This document shows, in pieces, positions 20,640 through 31,414 of a DNA stretch of 64,000 nucleotides. The stretch's first letter is position 1. The number at the start of each line of letters is the position of its first letter. Under the pieces are notes generated by a model. It worked only from the letters and a program-made list of their open reading frames with translations. It ran no database searches and had not been told where the DNA came from. The stretch comes from an uncultured archaeon (GTDB taxonomy: Archaea > Thermoproteota > Bathyarchaeia > Bathyarchaeales > Bathycorpusculaceae). The position numbers and the translations under genes were made by a program. The stretch spans positions 155,433 to 219,432 of the forward strand of contig CAWENF010000019.1 of the NCBI GenBank assembly GCA_963810275.1, in the 5' to 3' direction.

Positions 20640-21737
20640 ATGAAAGTCTGCATGATTTCAGGTCTGGCTAAGTTTTCTGGGGGGCTCGAAAATGTTGTTG
20701 AAGCAATAAGCAAATCCCTTGTTGTTCGCGATATTGCAGTGGATATTTTTGGCAAAAGCAACCGCGATTTTGTTGAATACCATAATAAGTGTAGAATAAT
20801 CGGGGTTCGCCCATATTCTCTGGTCCCTCATTTGCGGGGAATCCCAAGATATGGCAAATATCAATACAACCTTAGAGTTTATATGAAAAGTAAAACCTAT
20901 GGACCTTATGACTTGATTCATGGGCACGGAGACAACTGCTTTTTCTCCTCACTATTCAGAGAAAAAACTCCTTTCCTAATGACATTTCACGGGACAATGG
21001 CAAAGATTTTGGATGATGTTTCAGATCCACGGCTCAAACCAGTTCTTTATCCTGAAAGAGTTGCAGTCAACCGATGTGATGTCGCCGTTGCTTGTTCGAG
21101 AGCTGTGAAAAACGAGTTAACTTACTATTATGGAACCTCGGCTGGAAAGATCAAAGTAATCTATAACGGAATTGATGTGAAAAAGTTTGCGCCAATGGAT
21201 AAAAAGGCAGCTCGAAGAAAACTTGGCATGCCTGAAAGCGGTAAATATGCGCTTTGGGTGGGTAGCAATCCCACTCGGAAAAGGCTGAAGACAGCGGTTA
21301 AAGCCGTTGAAAAATCAAAATGCTCGAAGTTGCTGGTAGTTGGAATGACTGGAGAAAACATGAGAAAAACCGTTTTTCTTGGGAAGCTTCCTGAGGCAGC
21401 TCTGATTGCTGCTTACAGCGCCGCAGATGTGCTAATTTTTCCAACAGCCTATGAGGGCTTTCCAATAGTTCCATTAGAAGCCCTTTCATGTGGTCTACCC
21501 GTAATAGCATCCGAGGAGTCGAATATAGGTGAAATAATCGAAGAGAGTAAGCATGGTTTCATTGTTAAAGACGGCAACCCGAACTGTTATCAGCGAAAAA
21601 TCGACCAAATCATAAACGACGATTCTGCACTGAATCAAATATCCATAAATTGTCGTGAACTGGCTTTGGATTACAGCTGGCAAAAGCAGGCGAATAAGTA
21701 CTGGTTAATCTACCGGAGTCTCCTAAGAAATAGGTAA
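20640..21737 (+). CDS. Glycosyltransferase family 4
   Basis: GGLE, IHGH, VIYNGID and EGFPIVPLEALSCGLPVI motifs. Confidence 0.92.
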   Translation: MKVCMISGLAKFSGGLENVVEAISKSLVVRDIAVDIFGKSNRDFVEYHNKCRIIGVRPYSLVPHLRGIPRYGKYQYNLRVYMKSKTYGPYDLIHGHGDNCFFSSLFREKTPFLMTFHGTMAKILDDVSDPRLKPVLYPERVAVNRCDVAVACSRAVKNELTYYYGTSAGKIKVIYNGIDVKKFAPMDKKAARRKLGMPESGKYALWVGSNPTRKRLKTAVKAVEKSKCSKLLVVGMTGENMRKTVFLGKLPEAALIAAYSAADVLIFPTAYEGFPIVPLEALSCGLPVIASEESNIGEIIEESKHGFIVKDGNPNCYQRKIDQIINDDSALNQISINCRELALDYSWQKQANKYWLIYRSLLRNR

Positions 21738-21770
21738 GCTCCCGTCAGGGAAACAACTGACTTTTTTCAA

Positions 21771-22917
21771 CTATTTACCTCCTTGCAAAAACCCCTCTAC
21801 ATTAGCCCAAATTTGTTCCTCAAACTTTTCAGGTTTTAGTACCGAAATCTTCTCACGTAGCGGCTTTTTCCTTATATTCCAGATTTCAAAACCATACCTT
21901 GACTCAGATAATCTGACGATTTTTTCTTTAAGGTCTTCTAATGTGTTCCAGCGATACTCTTTTGGGATGAAGTCTCCGCTGCCGCCACTATTATGGACCA
22001 GTGTTATGCAGCCGCTTGCCAATGCTTCCATGGGTGCAATGCCGAAATGTTCGCCTTCCATAAGATGGCAGTAAATGGTTGAATCCTTTAGTAGAGTGAT
22101 TAACTCTTTTTCAGGCAAGTTTGGCTTAACTGTGTAGTTAGTTGGAAGGGTCTTCGAGAAGTCCTCAAACCATGCTTGCTCTGTATCTCTAAGCAAGCCG
22201 ACGCTCACAAACTGTAACTGGGGAAAATAAACCGCTAGCTGTTTTAGTATTTCATGCCTTTTTGATGGAACAAACCTCGCTGTATAGACTACTCGGTTAA
22301 CTCGTCCTGCAAGGGGTTTTTCAGACCAGAAAGGCGTCTCAACAGGCGGATAGGCAACAATGGGGTTTACGATGCCAAATTTGCCCCAATATTTTTGGAT
22401 AGCTGTTTTGGTGTATTTGCTGTTGCAAAATACTAACCCCAATTGGTTTATGTGGCGTTCAAGCTGAGTCTTGTAAAGCCACCAATACATCTTCTTAGTT
22501 GTCTTGCAATGGGCGTAGTAGTCAGGAATTTCTGGAAAGTGCACGTAAGCGATGTTTTTTCTGCTTTTCTTAAAGAGCTCAGTTTCAAAGGCCGATATAG
22601 TTTGGGTGCTAAACATGTAATCGTACTTTGCACTGGCTTTGTATTTTTTTAGTAGCTTGACTATGTTTCGGCGTCTTTTATACATAGACAGCGGCGGGTT
22701 AGCTTCCATAGTATTTCGGTTGCCCAGCATATGAACTAAAACACCACGGGGTATTCCTTCGCCTATTATTTCTCGATAATGCTTCTCTTCAAAATCAAAA
22801 GATAGCAGCTCCACCTGCTGACCACGCAGTGAGAAGGGCTTTGATGATGTGGTGACAGACACGTTCCCCGCCTCCGTAGATATCTAAGTTTGGGTGTACA
22901 ACAAGATATTTTGGCAT
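21771..22917 (-). CDS. ALG11-like GT4 glycosyltransferase, paralog 1 (frameshift near 22830)
   Basis: ATG22917 gives MPKYLVVHPNLDIYGGGERVC; the downstream frame has YVHFPE, CNSKYT, YPPV and EHFGIAPMEA. Confidence 0.87.
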
Positions 22918-22976
22918 ACCACAACATCAACTTAGGTAGCTATTATTTTTTTGAGTTAATCAAGATTTCTCAATGC

Positions 22977-24487
22977 CTATTTTGTCTGTTTTCTGAGCGC
23001 TAATTTTGCTTTAGCCTTTGTTCGACTAACCCAGTTCACAGCAGGAAGTAACGGATACTTTACGGAGTCAGGCAGGGCATCTTTAAGTTCTCTATGTAAC
23101 CCCAGCTTGATAGCGAATTTACCTTTTCGGTAATAGGCACGTAATAACGCGTTATTGGAAATTTTGCGAAACCATTGTTTTCTTTGAATTTATCCAGTGA
23201 GGGATGATTCCCAATTCGGCCATACATCAGCCACTTTTCACCCTTCCCAGTGCAGACCTCGACTGCTTTGGCTATGAGTGCGTTGTTGACGGATTTATCA
23301 AAGTACTTCTGCATCGAAAGAATATTTGAGAGTATGGCAATGTTATCGCCGTGCAGTATCTGGATAAAACCAGCTAACTCATCGGCAAAGTATGCAGCGA
23401 TAAATGTCGAGTTTTTCTCTGAATACATATTCGCTGAAACATTCTCAATGGATTCGCCGTAATGTGGAAAAGCGCGACCCTGCCTAATGGGCGTCTCGTT
23501 ATAAATTTTCCATATACCTTCAGCCAATTCGTCACTTTGAGACGCAACTGAAACTTTTATGTCGTCCTTTTCGGCTTTTCGGACCATGTTTCTGGTTTTT
23601 TTACCAATGGTGCTCCACCAAGCTTGGTAGTCTTTTATCTCCAGTAACCCAATATTATCGTCGGTTTTAACCCAGGTGCTTGGTGGATTGATAATTGGGC
23701 AGCACCATTTTCGGTCAATAAACGTAAAGATGTCTGCTCCTCTGAGTTGGAGTTTACACAAGAAATCCTCTGTTGGGTTGACGTTTTTGTAGTATTCTCT
23801 AAAGTCTCGAGCGATCTTAACTGTTAATGTATTGCGCATGCTGACTGTATCAAGGTCGGCATCAACTTCCAGCATGGTCTTTAGCGTATCGTAAAAGGGA
23901 CCCCTCTGAGTTTTATTTGTAGTCTGAAAAAGCCACTCTGGATGCATCGACATAACTTTCCCCTGCTCAATCCACTCCTGTGTTTCTTTAACCGCAGTTT
24001 CGAAACCGCGCAAATAGCGCTCTCTATCTAGACTCATAGTTTGCAAATCATGAAAAGAAGTCAAGGCAAAATCTTTTGGAATGCTGGCTTGTGTTTGGCT
24101 AAGATTTCGGCCCCAGAGTATCTGAGCTAAAAGTCTTTGGGTTCCGTGGATTGTGTAGTATTTAATGACACGGTTTGTTTTAGCTTCTAGGCTTTTCCAT
24201 TCTTCTTTAGGTCTATTTGCAACATGAAGCGCTACCTCATGCTTATCAGGGCTTAATAGGTCAAGCAATCGTTTGTCGGGGATAGTGTAAGGAGTAAAAA
24301 ACCAGTATGCATTCACGGATTTGGATGATTCATTAACCATCTTTGCGATGATACATGCGTTTCTTAGGTAATCTTTGCCTTTTCCAGTTTTACGTCGAAA
24401 CGCTATGTTTAGGAAACTTTTGGTCCTTGAAGGATAAGGGTAATCTACATCGATTCTTAGTTTAATCATTGCTGCCTCAGTTGCCAA
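22977..24487 (-). CDS. Fusion of a polysaccharide-deacetylase-like domain and a GNAT/FemAB-like acyltransferase (3' frameshift near 23120)
   Basis: N-terminal LRIDVD...HEVALH...HG...HP; C-terminal KKTRNMVRKAEK, IYNETP and LDKFKENNGF. The alternative frame continues GLHRELKDALP...KQTK* to 22977. Confidence 0.7.
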
Positions 24488-24595
24488 GTTTAGTGAGCCC
24501 CAATTTTAGTTATAAACCCTTCTAAGTTACTGAACTCGAATTAAAATCAACCCGCAGCATAATAGTAAAAAAATGTGCTCACAACCTGAGTGTTA

Positions 24596-26076
24596 TTAGC
24601 TATGTTGTATTGCATATTTTGCGGCGCCTAAAATTAGACCATTTGTGTGTATGCTGATTCCCCCGGGTAACTTCTTTCCAGATTCGTCGATTCCATTGTG
24701 GTAGCCGAAATATGAAACGGGAAAGGCTTCCTCTAAATGCATTACCATGTTTTTGAAAAAGCTGTATTATTTAAAGCAAGAAAACAGAATGCAGTTTTAA
24801 TGTATGTTACTGGTGTCATTTCAATAGTAGTCCGATCTACTGTTTTTATGACCCATAATTCGGTCGCCATACACTACCCATTCATAAATCCAATCACCAA
24901 AAGAAGGGCCTTCACCGAAGGCACGATATACACCTGTTTGATTGTAGAATGTTTCATGTGCTGAATAGACTTCTTGGACAAGAGTTTCAATTTTTTCAGG
25001 ACTGTTTAAGTCAAAAAGCGCTCCAAATAGAGGTTCGGTTAAAATCCGACCTTTATGTAAAGTTATATTTCCATAAGGAATTGTTTGTGAGGATAATATG
25101 TTTATCCAAAACTGTTTCTGGGGCATTTGCCATTTCTTGCGGCCAAAAACTTGCGAAACCCGAGGCGTAAAAATATGTATAGATGCTATTAGATGATTGG
25201 CACTCCGCTTTTATACCTGGTACTAAAACAGCATAGTTAGATCTGTTTCCATAAGTCGCTGTTTCCATATTTGTTATATACAAAATTGTCTATTCTCGTT
25301 TCTAAGTTAGTGTCAAAGTTTTTAAGATTATTGAGGGCAACAAATAATCGTCCCGTATCAACTACATCTACCCATGGTGCGTTATCCGAGTTTTCCTCGT
25401 AATTTTCTCCTTTACTTGTGTAAAACCAGAATGGGTAATGTGTGGTTTCATTGAGGTCCCGTGTTTCCAAAAAAGTCAGAACTTTCTCTGTACGAGCGGT
25501 AGAACCTGAGGTTCCGTTTTTGTCTATTATACCTATTGTTTGTGCATCAATAATAGCCTGAATATAAACACCTAAATCCCAATCTGTAAATGATGAAAAC
25601 TCTCCGCTTGAACCGGGTAGACCTGTCTCGGGGTCGACTTGTTTCTCGAAGTAGTTCCATGCGTAGGCAGCAATTTTTTTCCAGGTAGTGCTGTTTATGT
25701 TTTGGGAGTTTTTAACTATCATATAGCTATCGTCAGTAACTGCATCTGCTATTGTATCGATAATCTGCTCAATTATGTTAGGCGATGGGTTTGGTGTTGC
25801 AGTTGGAGTTACTGTTGAGTTACTAATGGGGGCTGCGTCGGGCTCTGCGGTGGATGGATGCGGGATATCAGGGACAGTATTGTTTTCTCGGGGATAAAAA
25901 GCAAAACAGGAAACTAAAATCGCAATCGCTAATGTCGCTCCTAGTATTACTTTTCCTCTCTTGCCAAGTTTAAAACTTCGTTTTGGCGTAGATTCTTTGG
26001 GCTGCATTACCGGGGGGACTTTAGGGTTAGTAAATATTGATGAAAACAAACTGTGATGCCCGTGCGGATTTACCAA
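24596..26076 (-). CDS. DUF3131-type (glucoamylase/GH144-related) membrane-anchored protein, fragmented by several indels
   Basis: TM anchor, Pro/Thr linker, then AWNYFEKQVDPETGLP, FTDWDLGVYIQA and DTGRLFVAL. Downstream fragments 25053..25283, 24821..25126 and a final frame ending NGLILGAAKYAIQHS* at 24596. Confidence 0.65.
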
Positions 26077-26442
26077 GTGTTATTCCCCATCTAATGGGGA
26101 CAGCTTAACATAAATAACTATTATAAAATTTCCCGTCCTCATCTACTTTGTGTGATGATGCTTAGAGATCTTTTTAATTTAAATTTATTGAAAAATGAAG
26201 CGCTAACTCGAAATGGAACGCTTTTTTATTTTTATTATCCTCTATCTCTTTAGTGCTATTTTTTATGTTCTGTAGTTTTTAGGATTTTATATCCTTTCTT
26301 TATGTGGAGCAAGATTTCTGTTTAGATGTTCTACTGAGCTTTTAGCGTTGACTTTGTAGGGTTGCTATTTCTCCAAGAAATATGTTAACTTCATAAATAC
26401 AGATACATTGCCTGTTACTAAATTTAAAAAAATTCACTTAAC

Positions 26443-27573
26443 CTATCTTTCTTTTATCAGGTCTTCCACGTAAGTCCAAATCTGCTTCTCAAAGCCATCC
26501 GGAGTTAAAACCCCGATTTTCTCCCAGAGTTCGCGGCGTCTGATTTCCCAAACGTTATGCGCCTCCATGTTTTTGACGATTTTTTCTTTGAGGTCTTCGA
26601 TGCTTCTCCAGCGGTACTCTTCGGGAATGAACTCACGCATACCGCCACTGTCATGCACCAAGGTAACGCAGCCGCTGGCTAAGCCTTCGACTGGTGCGAT
26701 GCCAAAGTGTTCGCCTTCCATAAGATGAACATAGACTCGACTGTCATGGAGCAGTTTGAGGAGTTCGGGTCCGGGAAGATTAGTTTTGAGTGCGTAGTTT
26801 TTGGGCATATCTTTTGATAAGGTTTCGAACCATTGCTTCTCTGCTTCAATTAAGCCCCCAACACTTACAAACTCGAACTGGGGCAAATCAGTTGCCAACC
26901 GCTTCATAATCTCGTGGCGTTTAACGGGGATGAAGCGGGCAACATACACTACTCGCTTTTTGCGCTGCGCTAATGGTTTGTCGTTCCAGAATTTCCCCAA
27001 GTTCACAGGGGGATATACGACAATGGGTTTTTTTGCGCCTTGACTGCTCCATAGCCGCATCATGTTTTCCTTGGTGTAGTTGCTGTTGCAGAAAATCAAG
27101 TCCAGTTTGCCTATGCCCTGCTCAACCCATCTTTTGAATAGCCACAGGTATAGTCTGCGTTTTTTGGTGCCGCGCTCGTAATCGAAGTGGATTTCGGGGA
27201 AATGTACGTAGGCGATGTTTTTTTTGGCTTTGTTTAGAAAAGTGGGTTCAAAGGGTGAAGATGATTGGGTGCTAAAGAGGTAGTCGTAGGTGAGTTTTTC
27301 CCGAAATTTTTTGAGTAGCCCAACGTAGTTGTGGTGACGCTTGTAAATGGTAAACGGCGGGCTTTCTTTTGTGCGTTTGCCCAGCGAGTGCACCTTAACC
27401 TGTTTTGGGAACTCTTCGCCTACGATGTTGCGGTACCGTGTCGCGTCAAATTCGAAGGTGAGCAGTTCCACTTCTTGGTTGTGGTTAACTAGGGTTTTGA
27501 TAACGTTGTGGCAGACGCGTTCTCCGCCTCCGTATATGTCAAGGTAGGGGTGCACTACTAGGAACTTCGCCAA
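26443..27573 (-). CDS. ALG11-like GT4 glycosyltransferase, paralog 2
   Basis: HPYLDIYGGGERVC, YVHFPE, CNSNYT, VYPPV, ARFIPVKRH and EHFGIAPVEG motifs. Confidence 0.9.
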   Translation of the reverse strand: MAKFLVVHPYLDIYGGGERVCHNVIKTLVNHNQEVELLTFEFDATRYRNIVGEEFPKQVKVHSLGKRTKESPPFTIYKRHHNYVGLLKKFREKLTYDYLFSTQSSSPFEPTFLNKAKKNIAYVHFPEIHFDYERGTKKRRLYLWLFKRWVEQGIGKLDLIFCNSNYTKENMMRLWSSQGAKKPIVVYPPVNLGKFWNDKPLAQRKKRVVYVARFIPVKRHEIMKRLATDLPQFEFVSVGGLIEAEKQWFETLSKDMPKNYALKTNLPGPELLKLLHDSRVYVHLMEGEHFGIAPVEGLASGCVTLVHDSGGMREFIPEEYRWRSIEDLKEKIVKNMEAHNVWEIRRRELWEKIGVLTPDGFEKQIWTYVEDLIKER

Positions 27574-27723
27574 GCCAATTAGCCTCCAGTATTGTGGGGG
27601 ATTGAAATAACCAATCTTTGCTGTAGCTAAATAAGTTTACCTCCACTTCTGCTAGGGTAGTGTGCCTCCACACAAAATATATACAGTGCCGCATGAAGTG
27701 GATGATAGCAGGAAGGCATTAAG

Positions 27724-29127
27724 GTGAACGAAGCAACCGTCACAGTTATGAAGCCGCTTAAAGTTGTTTTTGCTGACCCTCCATTCGGGCGGGAAAGTAA
27801 AGGTGAAGCCGTCACGGAATCCCCTAACCTTGGCATTCTCTATATCATCGGCTACGCTCGCCCGCGTTTGACAAATATTGAATTTACCTACTTGGAACCA
27901 TTTCTGTCTATTGAGGAGCATCTGGCTAAAGTTAAGGAACTTCAACCTGACGTTTACTGCTTCTCGTTCACCACTCCGCGCCGCGACCTCTCTTTTGAGA
28001 CGCTTCGCAAAGTCAAGGGGTTGGGGTTGAACATGCTAATGGTGGCCGGAGGTGCACACCCAACCATAGACCCCAAAGACGTCCTAGAAAACACTCCAGT
28101 GGAAGTCTGCATATTGGGCGAAGGGGAAGAAACCACCGTCGAGCTATTACAGAAAATTCAAGCAGACGAAACATACACAAACGTCGTGGGAACTGTGAAC
28201 AAGCAGAAAAACAACGGCGCCCGTCCCCTCCTCGAGAACATCAACTTCTTCCCCGCATGGGACATAATCGACTTCGAAAACTATGAAGTTGCTGTAGCCA
28301 AAAAGAAACGCGTGGCGTACCTGTTGCCGATTCGGGGCTGTCCCAACTACTGCACTTACTGTAGCAACCCAGTGTGGAAGCTTCAGAAGCCTTGGATTCG
28401 GATGCGTTCACCCAAAAACATCGCAGAGGAAGTCAACTATCTCTACGGAAGGGGAATCAGAGAGATTTACATTCGAAGTGACACTTTTAACGTAAACTTT
28501 GAATGGTGCATGGAGACTCTGGATGAAATCGAAAAGCTCGACTTGAGAGGTATGGCATTTCAGTGTAATCTGCGGGCAGATAAACTAAATGACCAGCTGG
28601 CAAAGAAGCTGCATGACGTCAACGTTTGGCTTGCCCACATCGGTTTAGAATCAGCCAACGACCGTGTCCTAAAGGGCATCGGCAAAAATGCGTCGCAAGC
28701 CGATAACATCCGCACACTGGAAATCCTTCGGGAACACAAAATCAAAGTCTACGGTTTCTTGATGCTCTACAATGCTTGGGAAATCAACGGCAAACTTGAG
28801 TACGAAACTCCTGAGGAAGTCAACAACACCCTCGAATTTGCCAAGATGTGTCTGCGCGACAACCTCATCGAGTATATTTCTTGGTCAATCACAAATCCCA
28901 TCATCGGCTCTAAACTCTACCAAATAGCCAAAAAACACGGTATCGCAGCCAACAACGTCAAAATCGGCAACTGCATGAACCTTCCCGGCGTTACCGAACA
29001 ACAAATGGTAGAACACGTCAAACAAGGAATGGTGCTACAACTGCTAAACGGCATACAGAAGGGCATGATTACAAAAAAAAGCCAGAAAAGAGCCTCACAG
29101 AAAGCAGCAAAAATACTAAACATGTAA
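27724..29127 (+). CDS. Cobalamin-binding radical SAM protein
   Basis: PNLGILYI, GGAHPT and GEGE (B12-binding domain); RGCPNYCTYC; GLESAN. Confidence 0.92.
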   Translation: MNEATVTVMKPLKVVFADPPFGRESKGEAVTESPNLGILYIIGYARPRLTNIEFTYLEPFLSIEEHLAKVKELQPDVYCFSFTTPRRDLSFETLRKVKGLGLNMLMVAGGAHPTIDPKDVLENTPVEVCILGEGEETTVELLQKIQADETYTNVVGTVNKQKNNGARPLLENINFFPAWDIIDFENYEVAVAKKKRVAYLLPIRGCPNYCTYCSNPVWKLQKPWIRMRSPKNIAEEVNYLYGRGIREIYIRSDTFNVNFEWCMETLDEIEKLDLRGMAFQCNLRADKLNDQLAKKLHDVNVWLAHIGLESANDRVLKGIGKNASQADNIRTLEILREHKIKVYGFLMLYNAWEINGKLEYETPEEVNNTLEFAKMCLRDNLIEYISWSITNPIIGSKLYQIAKKHGIAANNVKIGNCMNLPGVTEQQMVEHVKQGMVLQLLNGIQKGMITKKSQKRASQKAAKILNM

Positions 29128-29343
29128 ATTGAGTTTTTCGTGTCTATTTTGGCTCCATGTTGGTGTAGGCAATAAACTCTGCTAACCTCGTTTTTGTGTA
29201 TCGAAAAATCATAACACCAAAAAAGCAGCCGTTTCCTATTTATTATCTTCTGGTTCAGTAGGAACCGTTACAAACTTTAGCAAGAATCTATATCTTTTAG
29301 TTTTTGACAAGGTTTTTATTTTCGACGCAAAACATATTCGGTT

Positions 29344-30073
29344 ATGCCAGGTTGCCCCGACAAAGACTTCAAAGTAGATTTCGTTGTGCCCAGCCGCGAC
29401 GAGGCTAACCCGACGCTGCTGCGCCAGATAAGTGAGATGCCATGTGCGGGGCAAATAATTAACACCCATGAGAAGCCGCTTAGCATCGCCCGAAAACACG
29501 GGGTTTTAGCAGCCCATACTGAGTGGGTTGCGATGGTTGACGACGACATGCTCCTCCCCCAAGACTGGCTTAAAAAAGTCTCAGCAGAAATCGCACCTGA
29601 TGTGGGCGCAATCGGAACCGTAGCCGTCCACAAAAATCCTCACGCTGCCTCCTACGAACGTATCGTCGGTACAGTCTATAACTTAAGCAAGCTTGATACT
29701 AACCCGCATATTAACAACATCCTCATTCGCCGAAAACTCATGGAGGGTTATAATCCGCCTAAACTGTTCTTTGGCGAAGACCAAGTTTTCAAACGCTACG
29801 TGAAAACGACAGGCTACAAATGGAAGGTCTTGCCTTTTTTGGGTGCTACTCACTTGGGCACCTCCAAAAATTATGTCACTATCGGTATCTCTTACCGTCG
29901 CTATGGGCACTTTCGGCTTTTACAAACTTGCACGGCGCATGGCTGCAAGGTTTTTATTCACTCCTTTCGCTGCACTCTCCACCATGAGCTTCGGCACTTT
30001 CTGTTATCTTACTCGAATTAACCTGGAGTTCATAGCAGGTTTCGTTAAGGAACTAATAACTGAAAAACTCTGA
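29344..30073 (+). CDS. Glycosyltransferase family 2 (frameshift near 29915)
   Basis: ARKHG, MVDDD and GEDQ motifs; the C-terminal tail continues in frame 29843..30073. Confidence 0.8.
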
Positions 30074-30131
30074 AATTGACTTTCTAAAACTAGCAAGCAA
30101 ATAATTAAGTAGAAAAGAAGAAAGTTGGCTA

Positions 30132-30293
30132 CTACTTCACGATTTCTCGTTTCTTCCAGCGCAGATTCTTGTTCTTGCATTTTCTGCATTTCAACGCTGA
30201 TGCAGCGTTGCGTGCTCCGCAGTCTCTGCAAATCTTCATGTACAGACGGTGCTTCTGCGCTATGGCTTTCTTAACTGGATCTAATATCGGCAT
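30132..30293 (-). CDS. rpl40e: 50S ribosomal protein L40e (not in ORF track)
   Basis: Translated by hand: MPILDPVKKAIAQKHRLYMKICRDCGARNAASALKCRKCKNKNLRWKKREIVK (53 aa). Confidence 0.95.
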   Translation of the reverse strand: MPILDPVKKAIAQKHRLYMKICRDCGARNAASALKCRKCKNKNLRWKKREIVK

Positions 30294-30384
30294 GTGATGT
30301 GTTCCTTCTGTTTAGGGTTACATTTTGATGTTTACGTCTCTGATATACCTTTTGTCTAAACCCGCCCAGTATATCCCCGTCTTG

Positions 30385-30842
30385 CTACTTGATTACTAAA
30401 TCGTGATGTAGCTTCTGGTGTCCTCTATGCCATCTATTGTGTAGAGGTTTTTTAGGATTTCATAAAGATTCTCCCCCCACAATAATTAACGCATCAACTT
30501 CCCCTGCAATATGGAAAGCTCGAAATCTGCACACTCCTGTAGCTCGTTGTAAACTTGAATACGTTTGATAGGCGAAATCCTGAGCAGAATAAACGCTAGC
30601 TAGTGGAGACCCTATAGATGGCTAAGCCTTTTTAGGTTAGGTCTATGAAGCCTATGCGAATGTAGCCGCTGTTTTTTGAGTTTGCGGAGGTGTTCATTAA
30701 GCGCCTGGCGGCTTACACCAAGTTGGCTTGAGAGTGTATCTTGTTTTATCCGAAAAGTGTAGGTGTTGGTGGGTTTTCCTTTTTCGAAGGGATTTTTCAA
30801 TAGTTGGATTGAGTGTTTAGTTAAAGGCTGTAAAAGCGTCAC
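30385..30842 (-). pseudogene. Degraded wHTH + Lrp/AsnC-type regulator
   Basis: QDTLSSQLGVSRQALNEHLRKL HTH, then remnants GYIR.GFID, IAGEVDALIIV and IDGIEDTRSYIT separated by indels and in-frame stops. Confidence 0.65.
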
Positions 30843-31068
30843 GTATGTTAATGTTTAATGAGTTAAACATTTACAGTAGTCGGTTGCTTAGGAATCTATG
30901 TTTAACTTGCATTTGGTACTGTGGCAAAAGCGATTTTTTGACTTATTGAGTGCTATTTAGCCATATAGAATCTTTTTGGTTGGAACATATTGTATATACC
31001 ACAACATATTTATGCAGAAAAAAAGGTAAAGAAGCCAACTAAAAGTAAACTAGGAGTGAAGCGGAATC

Positions 31069-31368
31069 GTGACGGAAGCCACAGCCAGCGCAGTCTTAAT
31101 TGGCAAGAAACCAATCATGAACTACGTCCTCGCTTGCATCACCTTCTTTCACGGCGGCGCCAAAGACGTCAGCATCAAAGCACGCGGAAGATCAATAAGC
31201 AGAGCCATAGACGTCGCTGAAGTGGTTAGGCACAGATTCCTCCCTGACGTGAAAATCAAAGCCATCACAATTGGTACAGACCAGTTCCTCTCCATGGACC
31301 AAGAAGAGGAAAACAACAGTCAGGGTGGCACAAACGTGAGTACAATCGAAATCACGTTAACCCGCTAA
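31069..31368 (+). CDS. albA: DNA/RNA-binding protein Alba
   Basis: [28 protein letters not shown] and VSTIEI motifs. Confidence 0.96.
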   Translation: MTEATASAVLIGKKPIMNYVLACITFFHGGAKDVSIKARGRSISRAIDVAEVVRHRFLPDVKIKAITIGTDQFLSMDQEEENNSQGGTNVSTIEITLTR

Positions 31369-31414
31369 TTCACGAAGAAGCCTCGCTCCTCCTTTGCAGG
31401 AAAACCGACTCTCA

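Noticed and set aside
26152-26220. C/D box sRNA starting at GTGATGA
   Set aside because: No CTGA D box at a suitable distance; AT-rich promoter-like context.
30004-30231. 75-aa minus-strand ORF in the track
   Set aside because: Wrong frame; the real gene is rpl40e at 30132..30293.
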